Part shown: positions 1 to 7,498 of the stretch, one piece after another
How the letters are laid out: each line of letters starts with the position of its first letter
How positions within the stretch are numbered: the stretch's first letter is position 1
Source: Candidatus Cloacimonadales bacterium
GTDB taxonomy: Bacteria > Cloacimonadota > Cloacimonadia > Cloacimonadales > JAFGVF01
Direction of reading: 5' to 3'
Assembly (NCBI GenBank): GCA_041672585.1
Contig: JBAYZI010000001.1
Coordinates: 1,014-65,013 of the forward strand
DNA: 64,000 nucleotides
Translations under genes and position numbers: made by a program
Notes under the pieces: model-generated
Seen by the model: only the letters and a program-made list of their open reading frames with translations
Told to the model about the DNA's origin: nothing
Databases searched by the model: none

Positions 1-227
1 TCTTTTACATCAATAATCTGAAAGATGTTAGGGTTAATCTTAGCTTCTTGAGCAACCGCTGTTATTTTGTCAGCATCACCAATCATAATAGCTTCGATAA
101 AACCTTCATTAATAGCTTGGGCAATAGCTTCTATAGTGTTGGCATCTTGAGCATAAGCTACTGCTACTTTAAACTTCTTATTCAAGCCTTTAACTTGTTC
201 AACCATTTGATCTAAGGTAGTAATCAT
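1..227 (-). CDS. phosphate butyryltransferase-family protein, N-terminal fragment (gene runs off the window start)
   Basis: Not in the ORF track. Reverse-strand ATG at 225-227 followed by MITTLDQMVEQVKGLNKKFKVAVAYAQDANTIEAIAQAINEGFIEAIMIGDADKI... This is the same N-terminal pattern as the paralog at 241-1146 and as clostridial Ptb. Confidence 0.7.
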   Translation of the reverse strand, partial: MITTLDQMVEQVKGLNKKFKVAVAYAQDANTIEAIAQAINEGFIEAIMIGDADKITAVAQEAKINPNIFQIIDVK

Positions 228-240
228 GATATTATCCTCT

Positions 241-1146
241 TTATTTAGCTAGAAGGGCTGCTAAAGCGATTGAATAGAGTTTAGTCTGTTCTGAGTCACT
301 ACGAGAAGAGAGAATTGCCGGACAACTTGCTCCGCAAACATTGGCAGCTAATTCACCTTTCACTAATTTAGTAACGGTTTTGTAGAAGACATTACCGGAT
401 TCGATGTTAGGGAAGACTATACCGTCAGCATCGCCTGCAACAGGTGATTTAAAGTTCTTAATCGCTACAGCTTCTTTATCAATAGATAAATCTAGGGAGA
501 GAGGTCCATCAACTAAAGCACCTTTAATTTGACCTCTTTCTGCCATTTTAGTGATTATTGCAGCATCTGCATTGGCAGGTATTTTGTCTGTTGCTGATTC
601 TGAAGATGCTAAAATAGCAATCTTGGGAAGTTCAATATTTAAGGCCTTACAGGTCTTGATCACATTATTGGTAATCTCTATTTTCTGCTTTAAATCAGGA
701 AGTGGGATAATTGCCACATCAGAAACAACTAAGAGCTTGTCAAAATTAGGGATTTCCATCACCGTAACATGAGACAGCATTGCTCCTTGAGGAACTAAAC
801 CAGACTCTTTATTCAGAAGTGCATGCATATATATATCAGTTCCCAGCAGTCCTTTCATGATTAAATCGCCCTTACCTTCTCTGATGTAAAGACAAGCTTT
901 TTGAGCTGCTACGGTAACTACTTTTTCATCAATAATCTCAAATTTATTGATATCTATCTTCTCTTCTTCACAAGTAGCTTTAATTAAATCAATATTACCG
1001 ATTAAAGTAGCATCAACTATACCTAGGTCTATTGCTTTGCTGATAGCTCCGAGAGAATGACCATCAACAGTATAAGCACCTACTAATCTTTTCTTCTTCT
1101 TAGTTCTTAAAATATCAAACATTTGATCAAGTTTGGTTATTGACAT
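241..1146 (-). CDS. ptb: phosphate butyryltransferase (phosphate acetyl/butyryltransferase family)
   Basis: 301 aa. Full-length resemblance to clostridial Ptb (MKGL...SHV...DVAI...RGQIKGALVDGPLSLD...PNIESGNVFYK...SRSDS...SIALAAL). Confidence 0.85.
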   Translation of the reverse strand: MSITKLDQMFDILRTKKKKRLVGAYTVDGHSLGAISKAIDLGIVDATLIGNIDLIKATCEEEKIDINKFEIIDEKVVTVAAQKACLYIREGKGDLIMKGLLGTDIYMHALLNKESGLVPQGAMLSHVTVMEIPNFDKLLVVSDVAIIPLPDLKQKIEITNNVIKTCKALNIELPKIAILASSESATDKIPANADAAIITKMAERGQIKGALVDGPLSLDLSIDKEAVAIKNFKSPVAGDADGIVFPNIESGNVFYKTVTKLVKGELAANVCGASCPAILSSRSDSEQTKLYSIALAALLAK

Positions 1147-1270
1147 TGAGTTCCTCCACCATTATTCACATTTTTCTTTAACTTTTCATAGTTTACTTAT
1201 GTGTCAAGAAGTTAATCAATAATTAATAAATAATAGTTAATAATTAAAAATTAAAAGAAAAGACCTTCAC

Positions 1271-1307
1271 ACGAATTTACGCGAATTAAGACTAATTAAC
1301 ACGAATT
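1271..1307. promoter_or_regulatory. three phased direct repeats (A/G)CGAATT upstream of ptb, possible operator
   Basis: ACGAATT at 1271-1277, GCGAATT at 1281-1287 and ACGAATT at 1301-1307 start 10 and 20 bp apart, in the AT-rich region upstream of the minus-strand ptb start (1146). Confidence 0.3.
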
Positions 1308-1382
1308 AATTGCATGTTTAATCGTTGAATTTATTTAATTTGTTTAATTTGTAATTGGTAGGTATTGGCTACGAAGCCTCTT

Positions 1383-1520
1383 TACTGGGATTGCGGATGC
1401 CCACATCCGTATTCATTTCCCTTCAGCGAAGGGGAATCTTATCCTTCCTAAGCATATCTTATTTTTATCTCCTTGATGGAGACAGATTTAATACGGACGT
1501 GGGTATCCGCAATCCCAGTA
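1383..1520. repeat. 31-bp inverted-repeat pair (family A) around a 76-nt structured spacer
   Basis: TACTGGGATTGCGGATGCCCACATCCGTATT (1383-1413) versus the reverse complement of 1490-1520 matches 29/31. Each arm holds its own small hairpin CGGATG-ccca-CATCCG. The spacer contains CCCTTC-agc-GAAGGG. A third copy lies at 58661-58703. Confidence 0.8.
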
Positions 1521-1561
1521 AGAAAGACCTCATCACCTTCATTATCCTTATGAATTCTCCA

Positions 1562-1600
1562 CAAAAAGAAAAAGAGACAAGGCTAAACCCTGTCTCTTTT
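1562..1600 (-). terminator. rho-independent terminator of the minus-strand operon ending at 1630
   Basis: Minus strand reads AGAGACAGGgtttagCCTTGTCTCT followed by TTTTTCTTTTT. Confidence 0.6.
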
Positions 1601-1629
1601 AATTTATAACTTAATTAATATTATTTAGC

Positions 1630-1950
1630 TTACAACCTAATGATCAGAAAAACTAAAATTATAGCAAAGAAGACAAAATTCATAATCATGCTCATAATCA
1701 TAAAAACACGGAGAGCATCGATTCTATATCTGTTTTCTTTCACTCTTTTGTCTAATTTAAGTTGAAGATTTTCTATAACAATGAGTTTATCTTCCACTAC
1801 ATCTTGTTTTTTGATATTCTTATTATGCTGAAAATCTCTAATCCAGTTTTGAAAACCGTCAAATAGCAATTTAGAGACTATTGATGGAATAAAGGATCTG
1901 GCACCGGTATTATTATTTTCTTGGTTCTTGTTATTATCAAATTGTTTCAT
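1630..1950 (-). CDS. small hypothetical protein with a C-terminal transmembrane helix
   Basis: ORF-track ORF trimmed to the ATG at 1950, which is preceded by AAAGAGG plus 6 nt. Polar coiled N-part, then a hydrophobic tail FMIMSMIMNFVFFAIILVFLII. Starts 11 nt after the upstream barrel gene. Confidence 0.5.
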   Translation of the reverse strand: MKQFDNNKNQENNNTGARSFIPSIVSKLLFDGFQNWIRDFQHNKNIKKQDVVEDKLIVIENLQLKLDKRVKENRYRIDALRVFMIMSMIMNFVFFAIILVFLIIRL

Positions 1951-1961
1951 GTTTAACCTCT

Positions 1962-2810
1962 TTAAAATCTGCATCCAACTTGGAAGTGATGGGTAGGATC
2001 TAAATTAGAATGATAAGTGAAACCATAGTCAATATTCATACCTTTAATATTAAAGCCTACACCTGCAGAATAGACAGCAGGGTTGTTATGAACACCGGCT
2101 CTAAGTTTCATCATCTCAAATAGTTCATATTCAATACCGGCAGCAACAGAAGTATCGCCTTTCAACTCTTTAGTTAATTCTAAAGAGGTTATGACTCCAT
2201 AATATGGTTCATAAGCAATACCTGCTACCATTTTGCGTGGTAATTCAAACTGATGATCATTTCCCACATTTGGGTTGTTGATATTATGTACAGCAAATGC
2301 TATTTTTGTTCTTTGGTGCATGGTAGCAATTGCTCCCAAGTTTAAACCAAAGGCTGACTGTTTTCCGTAACCTTCGGCAAACTCAATATTATACATATTT
2401 AAAGTGTAACCAAAAGCTATGGAGCTATGCAAATCTTGCATTAATTTGAAAGCGTGAGTTAGGGCGAATGTAGATTCAGTACTTAAACTGGTATCTTCAA
2501 AGTCAACTCCCAACTGTTTAGCTGCGATACCGATGGTACCATAAATAGGTGAAAATCTATAAGAAGCAGATGCGGTATAGACTCTTAAGTACTTGTTACC
2601 AAAGAGATCGACCATTCCGAGATTGAATTGATCTTCAGCTTGGTCTAATCCGGCTGGATTATAGAAGGCTGCATCGGCATCATTAGAGAGTGTAAAGAAG
2701 GCATCACCCATTCCGCGCGCTCTGGCAGAAGATGGGTAGGTATCAAATAGGGCGTTCAAACTAAGGACTGTAAAACTGAGTAGTAAGATTAAGAATATTA
2801 TTTTTTTCAT
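1962..2810 (-). CDS. outer-membrane beta-barrel protein, PorV/PorQ/FadL-like
   Basis: Signal peptide. N-terminal motif ARGMGDAFF...DADAAFYNPAGL (FadL/PorV-type NPAGL). Alternating beta-strand pattern and a terminal aromatic residue (...VGCRF). Paralog-like to the 43172-44128 protein. Confidence 0.6.
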   Translation of the reverse strand: MKKIIFLILLLSFTVLSLNALFDTYPSSARARGMGDAFFTLSNDADAAFYNPAGLDQAEDQFNLGMVDLFGNKYLRVYTASASYRFSPIYGTIGIAAKQLGVDFEDTSLSTESTFALTHAFKLMQDLHSSIAFGYTLNMYNIEFAEGYGKQSAFGLNLGAIATMHQRTKIAFAVHNINNPNVGNDHQFELPRKMVAGIAYEPYYGVITSLELTKELKGDTSVAAGIEYELFEMMKLRAGVHNNPAVYSAGVGFNIKGMNIDYGFTYHSNLDPTHHFQVGCRF

Positions 2811-2818
2811 GATTCCCC

Positions 2819-4225
2819 CTATTTAAGCTGACCGGCTACTACAATTGGTTGATCTGTGGTATATTTATCACCGGTTGCTCTAATTACAACTTCTACCTGA
2901 CAAATATAGGTTCCGATATCTACTAATTCGCGGTTCTTATCTCTACCATCCCATTTAAGTTCTAGTAATCCGTTAACTACTTTGTTTACAGGAGTATAGA
3001 CTAATCTTCCTTTTAAATCATAGATTCTGACAATAGTCTTGGTATCAACACCATTTTTGAATCCACATTTGATTACTAATCTTTCATTGTTATAAGGATT
3101 GAAGATGTTCTTATCATTACGAGAATTTCTGATAGAGAGATAAGCTTTTTTAGAATTATAGATATTGTTATAATTAATATTAGCTGCAGTTGGGCTAGCA
3201 ATAATCCAAGTGTTATCAGCTTCATCAAAGAACTTAAAGCTGGTGAAGTTAACCTTTATTAAGCCATACTCTTTAACATCGAAAACCAAAGTAATCAATC
3301 TTGGAGTTACGTAGTTTCCGAAAGATGCTAATGGTTTATAAGTAATTTTGTAGTTATCGTCAGTAATTTCTAAATCTGCTTCTTGGTCGGCTACAGAAAT
3401 ATCACCCATTTGTGTGCTGTGAAATTTTAGATAAACAGGGCTGAAGTTAAAGTCAAACTCAAACTTATTAATGTTCCAGCTATCTTTAATATTACTGGAA
3501 TTAATATGCACATAGAATTTACTGCCAAGTTGTTCATATTCTGTATTAATAGTTAAGGTAGCAGGAGTACTGGGGATTAAGTCTGCTTGATTTCTGGGAT
3601 GAAGTACAAACTCGGTACCATCGTAAACAAGAATCCCGGAAATACTACCATAATCTTCGCCAACAGTCTGATTAACCGCATGAAAGCCTGCGCCTATTTT
3701 AAGCTCATTACCGGAACCATCAATGGCGTACCAGTTGTTAGCATCAAGAATCTCTGAACAGGCTAGGTTATTAATCTTTACCAAACTACTTTCGTACTGT
3801 TCAGCAGTTGCTTTATTTAACAAATCGGAAACAGTAACTAAGTTAGCAATGGTTTCATCTAAAGGACCAGGGTTAAGCACAGTAATAGTCGCATTAATTA
3901 ACTCTGTCATGCCGTTATTTTCTGATACAGTACCGGTAATGCTAACCATTGTTCTAAGGTTAGCTGTGTTGGTAGCGTTGTTTAAGTAGATTCCGTTCCA
4001 CAATCTATCGTTAAGATCATAAGCAAAGAGATTCTTATCTGAACCGTTGAATCCTTTAGCACCGATAGAGGCAGGACTGATAGTAACTTGTTGTCCTACA
4101 TAAAGAGAGGGGTAAGTATTATCAGCACCAGGGATATCTGTCTGTTGTATTTGCATTATTGTTTGTCCGAAAATAACTTGGGTTAGTATTAAAAGGAAAA
4201 ATATTATTATCAGCTTTCTTGGCAT
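2819..4225 (-). CDS. secreted protein with C-terminal FlgD-Ig-like / T9SS-type sorting domain
   Basis: Signal peptide (IIFFLLILTQVIFGQ). C-terminus VRIYDLKGRLVYTP...LKWDGRDKNRELVDIGTYICQVEV fits the FlgD-Ig/T9SS CTD pattern. The start overlaps the lspA stop (TAATG). Confidence 0.6.
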   Translation of the reverse strand: MPRKLIIIFFLLILTQVIFGQTIMQIQQTDIPGADNTYPSLYVGQQVTISPASIGAKGFNGSDKNLFAYDLNDRLWNGIYLNNATNTANLRTMVSITGTVSENNGMTELINATITVLNPGPLDETIANLVTVSDLLNKATAEQYESSLVKINNLACSEILDANNWYAIDGSGNELKIGAGFHAVNQTVGEDYGSISGILVYDGTEFVLHPRNQADLIPSTPATLTINTEYEQLGSKFYVHINSSNIKDSWNINKFEFDFNFSPVYLKFHSTQMGDISVADQEADLEITDDNYKITYKPLASFGNYVTPRLITLVFDVKEYGLIKVNFTSFKFFDEADNTWIIASPTAANINYNNIYNSKKAYLSIRNSRNDKNIFNPYNNERLVIKCGFKNGVDTKTIVRIYDLKGRLVYTPVNKVVNGLLELKWDGRDKNRELVDIGTYICQVEVVIRATGDKYTTDQPIVVAGQLK

Positions 4226-4743
4226 TATGCCTCCTCAAGGGATTTTTTTCGTTTATTATCTAAAATTATTGCATCTATAGCAAATAAAATCATACCAATT
4301 ACAATCATAGAATCGGCTACATTAAAGATAGGCCATCTATCAAAAGAGTAGAACCAATTCCATTCGGAAGGAATTCTCGGATAGAGGCTGTCAAAGAAGT
4401 CTGTAACTCTTCCAAATAAGACTCTATCAATAAAATTACCTATTGCACCACCTAAGATTAAACTATAGTAGAGCTTCTGAAACTTATAGCTTTGCTTTAG
4501 AATAAAATAGACAAATATCACTATTAATGCTAAAGTTAAGACAATAAATATCCAGCGAGAATAATCTCCTAGAGAAAGACTAAAGGCTGCGCCATCGTTT
4601 TCCACATGAGTTATTCTAAAATACTTACCGAACACATCAATCGAATGATAGAGAGGCATTTTCATTCTCACTATCAACTTGGTGATTTGATCAGCAATTA
4701 TAATTAAGAGAGAGATTAGAAAATACTTCCAACTCTGCTTCAT
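4225..4743 (-). CDS. lspA: lipoprotein signal peptidase (signal peptidase II)
   Basis: Four TM segments with catalytic-Asp motifs VENDGAAFS and IFNVADS. Confidence 0.9.
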   Translation of the reverse strand: MKQSWKYFLISLLIIIADQITKLIVRMKMPLYHSIDVFGKYFRITHVENDGAAFSLSLGDYSRWIFIVLTLALIVIFVYFILKQSYKFQKLYYSLILGGAIGNFIDRVLFGRVTDFFDSLYPRIPSEWNWFYSFDRWPIFNVADSMIVIGMILFAIDAIILDNKRKKSLEEA

Positions 4744-5153
4744 AGTTTTTTATTCTTATTTTTCTTTTTATTTCTGATATCTTCTGCTTCACGACAATCA
4801 ACACAATGAGAAGCATAAGGCACCATCTCTAAGCGTTTCTCGTTAATTCTCTCTCCGCAGATTTCACAAACACCATAAGTGCCGTCGTAGATGCGTTTAA
4901 GAGCTGCATTCAATCTTTTTAACAGTAGGTGTTCTTGTTCAAGCATAAAGGCTTGATTCTCTCTGTAATAAGTATCAGAACCGTGATCAGCTTGGTGAAC
5001 TGCATGAGCTGAAGCATTATCTGAATTATTACTTGCACTATTCTGTTGAGTATCATTCACCTTACGAATATAGTCAAGACTTTTTTGTCTTTCTATTAAC
5101 AGTCTTTCTTCATGAACCTTTAATTCTTCAGGGCTTAATAGTTTAACTGACAT
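4740..5153 (-). CDS. DksA/TraR-family C4 zinc-finger protein
   Basis: Coiled N-part plus CEICGERI...(17 aa)...CVDC, a typical DksA/TraR zinc finger. ATGA overlap with lspA. Confidence 0.8.
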   Translation of the reverse strand: MSVKLLSPEELKVHEERLLIERQKSLDYIRKVNDTQQNSASNNSDNASAHAVHQADHGSDTYYRENQAFMLEQEHLLLKRLNAALKRIYDGTYGVCEICGERINEKRLEMVPYASHCVDCREAEDIRNKKKNKNKKL

Positions 5154-5215
5154 ATAATCATCTCCACATTTTCATTTAAATATATATAATTAGAATCTGC
5201 TAATCTGTCAATAAA

Positions 5216-6028
5216 TTAAATCTCTTTGATAAAATCAGAAACAAGTTTTTCTAAATTACTCTTAGCAATATCTGCATTTTCTCTAATTTCTTCTTGGCTA
5301 TGTCTTGTTTTATGAATAAGATTAGAGTAGTTTGTTACGATTGAGAAAGCGAGAACTTTTAGACCGCAATGCACAGCAGCAATAACTTCGGGCACTGTGG
5401 ACATGCCTACCACATCAGCTCCAATATTGGCAAAGAATTGGCATTCGGCTTTGGTTTCAAAGCTTGGACCTGTTACGCCGATATAAACGCCTTCAGAAAT
5501 TTTAATCTTATTATTGAGGGAAATAAGCTTCATTTTGCTTCTGTACTCTTCACAGTAAGTATCATGAAGTGAAACAAAGCGTTCTCCTAAAGAGTCGTCA
5601 TTAGCACCGATTAAGGGGTTATTACCAAAGAAATTAATATGGTCTTTAAGCATAATTATGCCACCGGGAACAAATTCTTCGCGTAAGCTTCCGGCCGCAT
5701 TAGTTACAATTAAAGTATGAACTCCCAGTAATTTAAGAACGCGAGTAGGGAAGACTACTTGTTCTAAAGAGTAGCCTTCATAGAAGTGAAATCTGCCCTG
5801 TAAAACAATTACCTTTTTACGATTAATCGTGCCTGCTATTAAATTACCTTTGTGGCTAGGGGCAGTGGATTTAACAAATCCGGGAATCTCATCATAAGGA
5901 ATGACGATTTTATCTTTAACATAATCTACAAAGTTGCTTAATCCTGTGCCGAGAATAATCCCGACTTCATAGCCTGTTCCTATCTTTTCTGAAATATAAA
6001 CTTTAGCTGTTTGCATCATGCTGTTCAC
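5216..6028 (-). CDS. punA: purine nucleoside phosphorylase (trimeric PNP-I/PunA type)
   Basis: Motifs GTGLS, GRFHFYEG, TNAAGSL, GPSFET and MSTVPEVIAA. GTG start at 6028 preceded by AGGAGG plus 6 nt. Confidence 0.8.
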   Translation of the reverse strand: MNSMMQTAKVYISEKIGTGYEVGIILGTGLSNFVDYVKDKIVIPYDEIPGFVKSTAPSHKGNLIAGTINRKKVIVLQGRFHFYEGYSLEQVVFPTRVLKLLGVHTLIVTNAAGSLREEFVPGGIIMLKDHINFFGNNPLIGANDDSLGERFVSLHDTYCEEYRSKMKLISLNNKIKISEGVYIGVTGPSFETKAECQFFANIGADVVGMSTVPEVIAAVHCGLKVLAFSIVTNYSNLIHKTRHSQEEIRENADIAKSNLEKLVSDFIKEI

Positions 6029-6587
6029 TGTTTTCCTCCTGCTTTGGTTTTATATCTGCTTTAATTTTCTTAATTTCTTCTTTAACAGTTGCTTCGTTCA
6101 GTCTAGCCAGAGTAGGGTCTTTTTCAATTCTATCTAAATACGCTTTAAATTGGGAAGCTGTTTGCAATAAAAACATGCGTTTATCTTCTTTTAATTTAAG
6201 AAACTGATAATCTAATTGATTTAGATAATGCCGCGCTTCATTGATTGTTTTTTTGGCTTTAACTTCTGCTTCTCTAATGATATTTTCAGCTTCTTTGCGG
6301 GCATTACTAATCATTTCTGCTTTAGCATTTTCGGCAAATAACAGGGTTTTGTGAATCAACTCTTCACGTCTTTTAAGAGTTTCTACACCTTCCTCGGCGC
6401 GCTTAGCTTTATCAGAGATAAACTCTTTCTCTTTAGTCTCTTTTTCTTTACTTTCAGAGTGAACTAATCGGTCTTGGTAGATCTCATTAGCTACGAACTC
6501 AAGAAACTCTTTTACTTCTCTCTTGCTATAGCCAAAAGCTTTGGTGGAAAACTCTTTGTCTCTGATTTGGGGAATACTTATTGACAT
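6003..6587 (-). CDS. divIVA: DivIVA domain-containing protein
   Basis: N-terminus I..KEFSTKAFGYSKREVKEFLEFV followed by long coiled-coil sequence. Confidence 0.8.
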   Translation of the reverse strand: MSISIPQIRDKEFSTKAFGYSKREVKEFLEFVANEIYQDRLVHSESKEKETKEKEFISDKAKRAEEGVETLKRREELIHKTLLFAENAKAEMISNARKEAENIIREAEVKAKKTINEARHYLNQLDYQFLKLKEDKRMFLLQTASQFKAYLDRIEKDPTLARLNEATVKEEIKKIKADIKPKQEENSEQHDANS

Positions 6588-6604
6588 CCTATTTCCTTCT
6601 CTAA

Positions 6605-6874
6605 TTAGTGCAATAATTTTGTTTTTACTAAATTTTCGATAATTTGTAGAATAAAAAGTCCGAGCATGGGTGAAAAATCAAGTCCATTCAACGGAGGTAA
6701 TATTTTCCTGAAGATGTTTAAGTAGGGATCTGTAAGAGAATCTACAATCTGTAATTTCGAAATGAAAAATGAAAATCTATCTCCTCTTGAGAAATACAAG
6801 AGGAAGCTTTTGAATACTGCCATTATCACCATAAATTGATAGATGACAAGAGCATAATAAATAATCTTACCCAT
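6605..6874 (-). CDS. yggT: YggT-family membrane protein
   Basis: 89 aa, two TM helices, LTDPYLNIFRKILPPLNGLDFSPM motif. Sits next to divIVA, as in many division clusters. Confidence 0.75.
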   Translation of the reverse strand: MGKIIYYALVIYQFMVIMAVFKSFLLYFSRGDRFSFFISKLQIVDSLTDPYLNIFRKILPPLNGLDFSPMLGLFILQIIENLVKTKLLH

Positions 6875-7438
6875 TTAGTCTAAGACCTCATGGCAATTGC
6901 GACAGCGTGCTTCATAAATCTCTTTGGAACCGACTAAGATAGTATCTGTATCACGAACTAATCTTTGGGTGCGTGTTGCCGGGTTACCGCATTTTACGCA
7001 GATGGCACAGTTTTTGGTAATATACTCAGCTACTGCGAGAAGTTTGGGCATTGGTCCAAAAGGTTGAGCTTTGTAATCTTGATCTAATCCGGCGACAATC
7101 ACTCTTTTTCCTGCGTTAGCCAGCTTGTTACAAACATCAATTACATCATCGGTAAAGAACTGTACTTCATCAATGGCAACAACTTGTGTATCTTCTCTAA
7201 CTAAAGCTAACACTTCGTTAATGTCTTCTATTTTCACAGAAGGTGCTTTCATCATAGAGTGAGAAACTATATAATCATCTTCATAACGATTATCAATTCT
7301 TGGCTTAAAGATTTGGATTTTCTGTTTAGCGTATTCTGCCCTACGAATTCTTCTAATTAACTCTTCTGTTTTTCCGCTAAACATGCTTCCTGTGATTACT
7401 TCAATCCAACCGGTTTTATTATGAATTACATTCATCAA
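6875..7438 (-). CDS. tdk: thymidine kinase
   Basis: P-loop [14 protein letters not shown] and C-terminal zinc-ribbon cysteines (CAICVKCG...CRNCH). Confidence 0.9.
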   Translation of the reverse strand: MMNVIHNKTGWIEVITGSMFSGKTEELIRRIRRAEYAKQKIQIFKPRIDNRYEDDYIVSHSMMKAPSVKIEDINEVLALVREDTQVVAIDEVQFFTDDVIDVCNKLANAGKRVIVAGLDQDYKAQPFGPMPKLLAVAEYITKNCAICVKCGNPATRTQRLVRDTDTILVGSKEIYEARCRNCHEVLD

Positions 7439-7498
7439 ATCTTGCTCCAGTGTGTTAGTTGATAGGTAAAGTGGTTAGCTCTACCTATCTAATAAAAT

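Noticed and set aside
1355-1609. 84-aa plus-strand ORF
   Set aside because: It is made almost entirely of the family-A inverted repeat and the adjacent terminator hairpin. The repeat structure explains the open frame.
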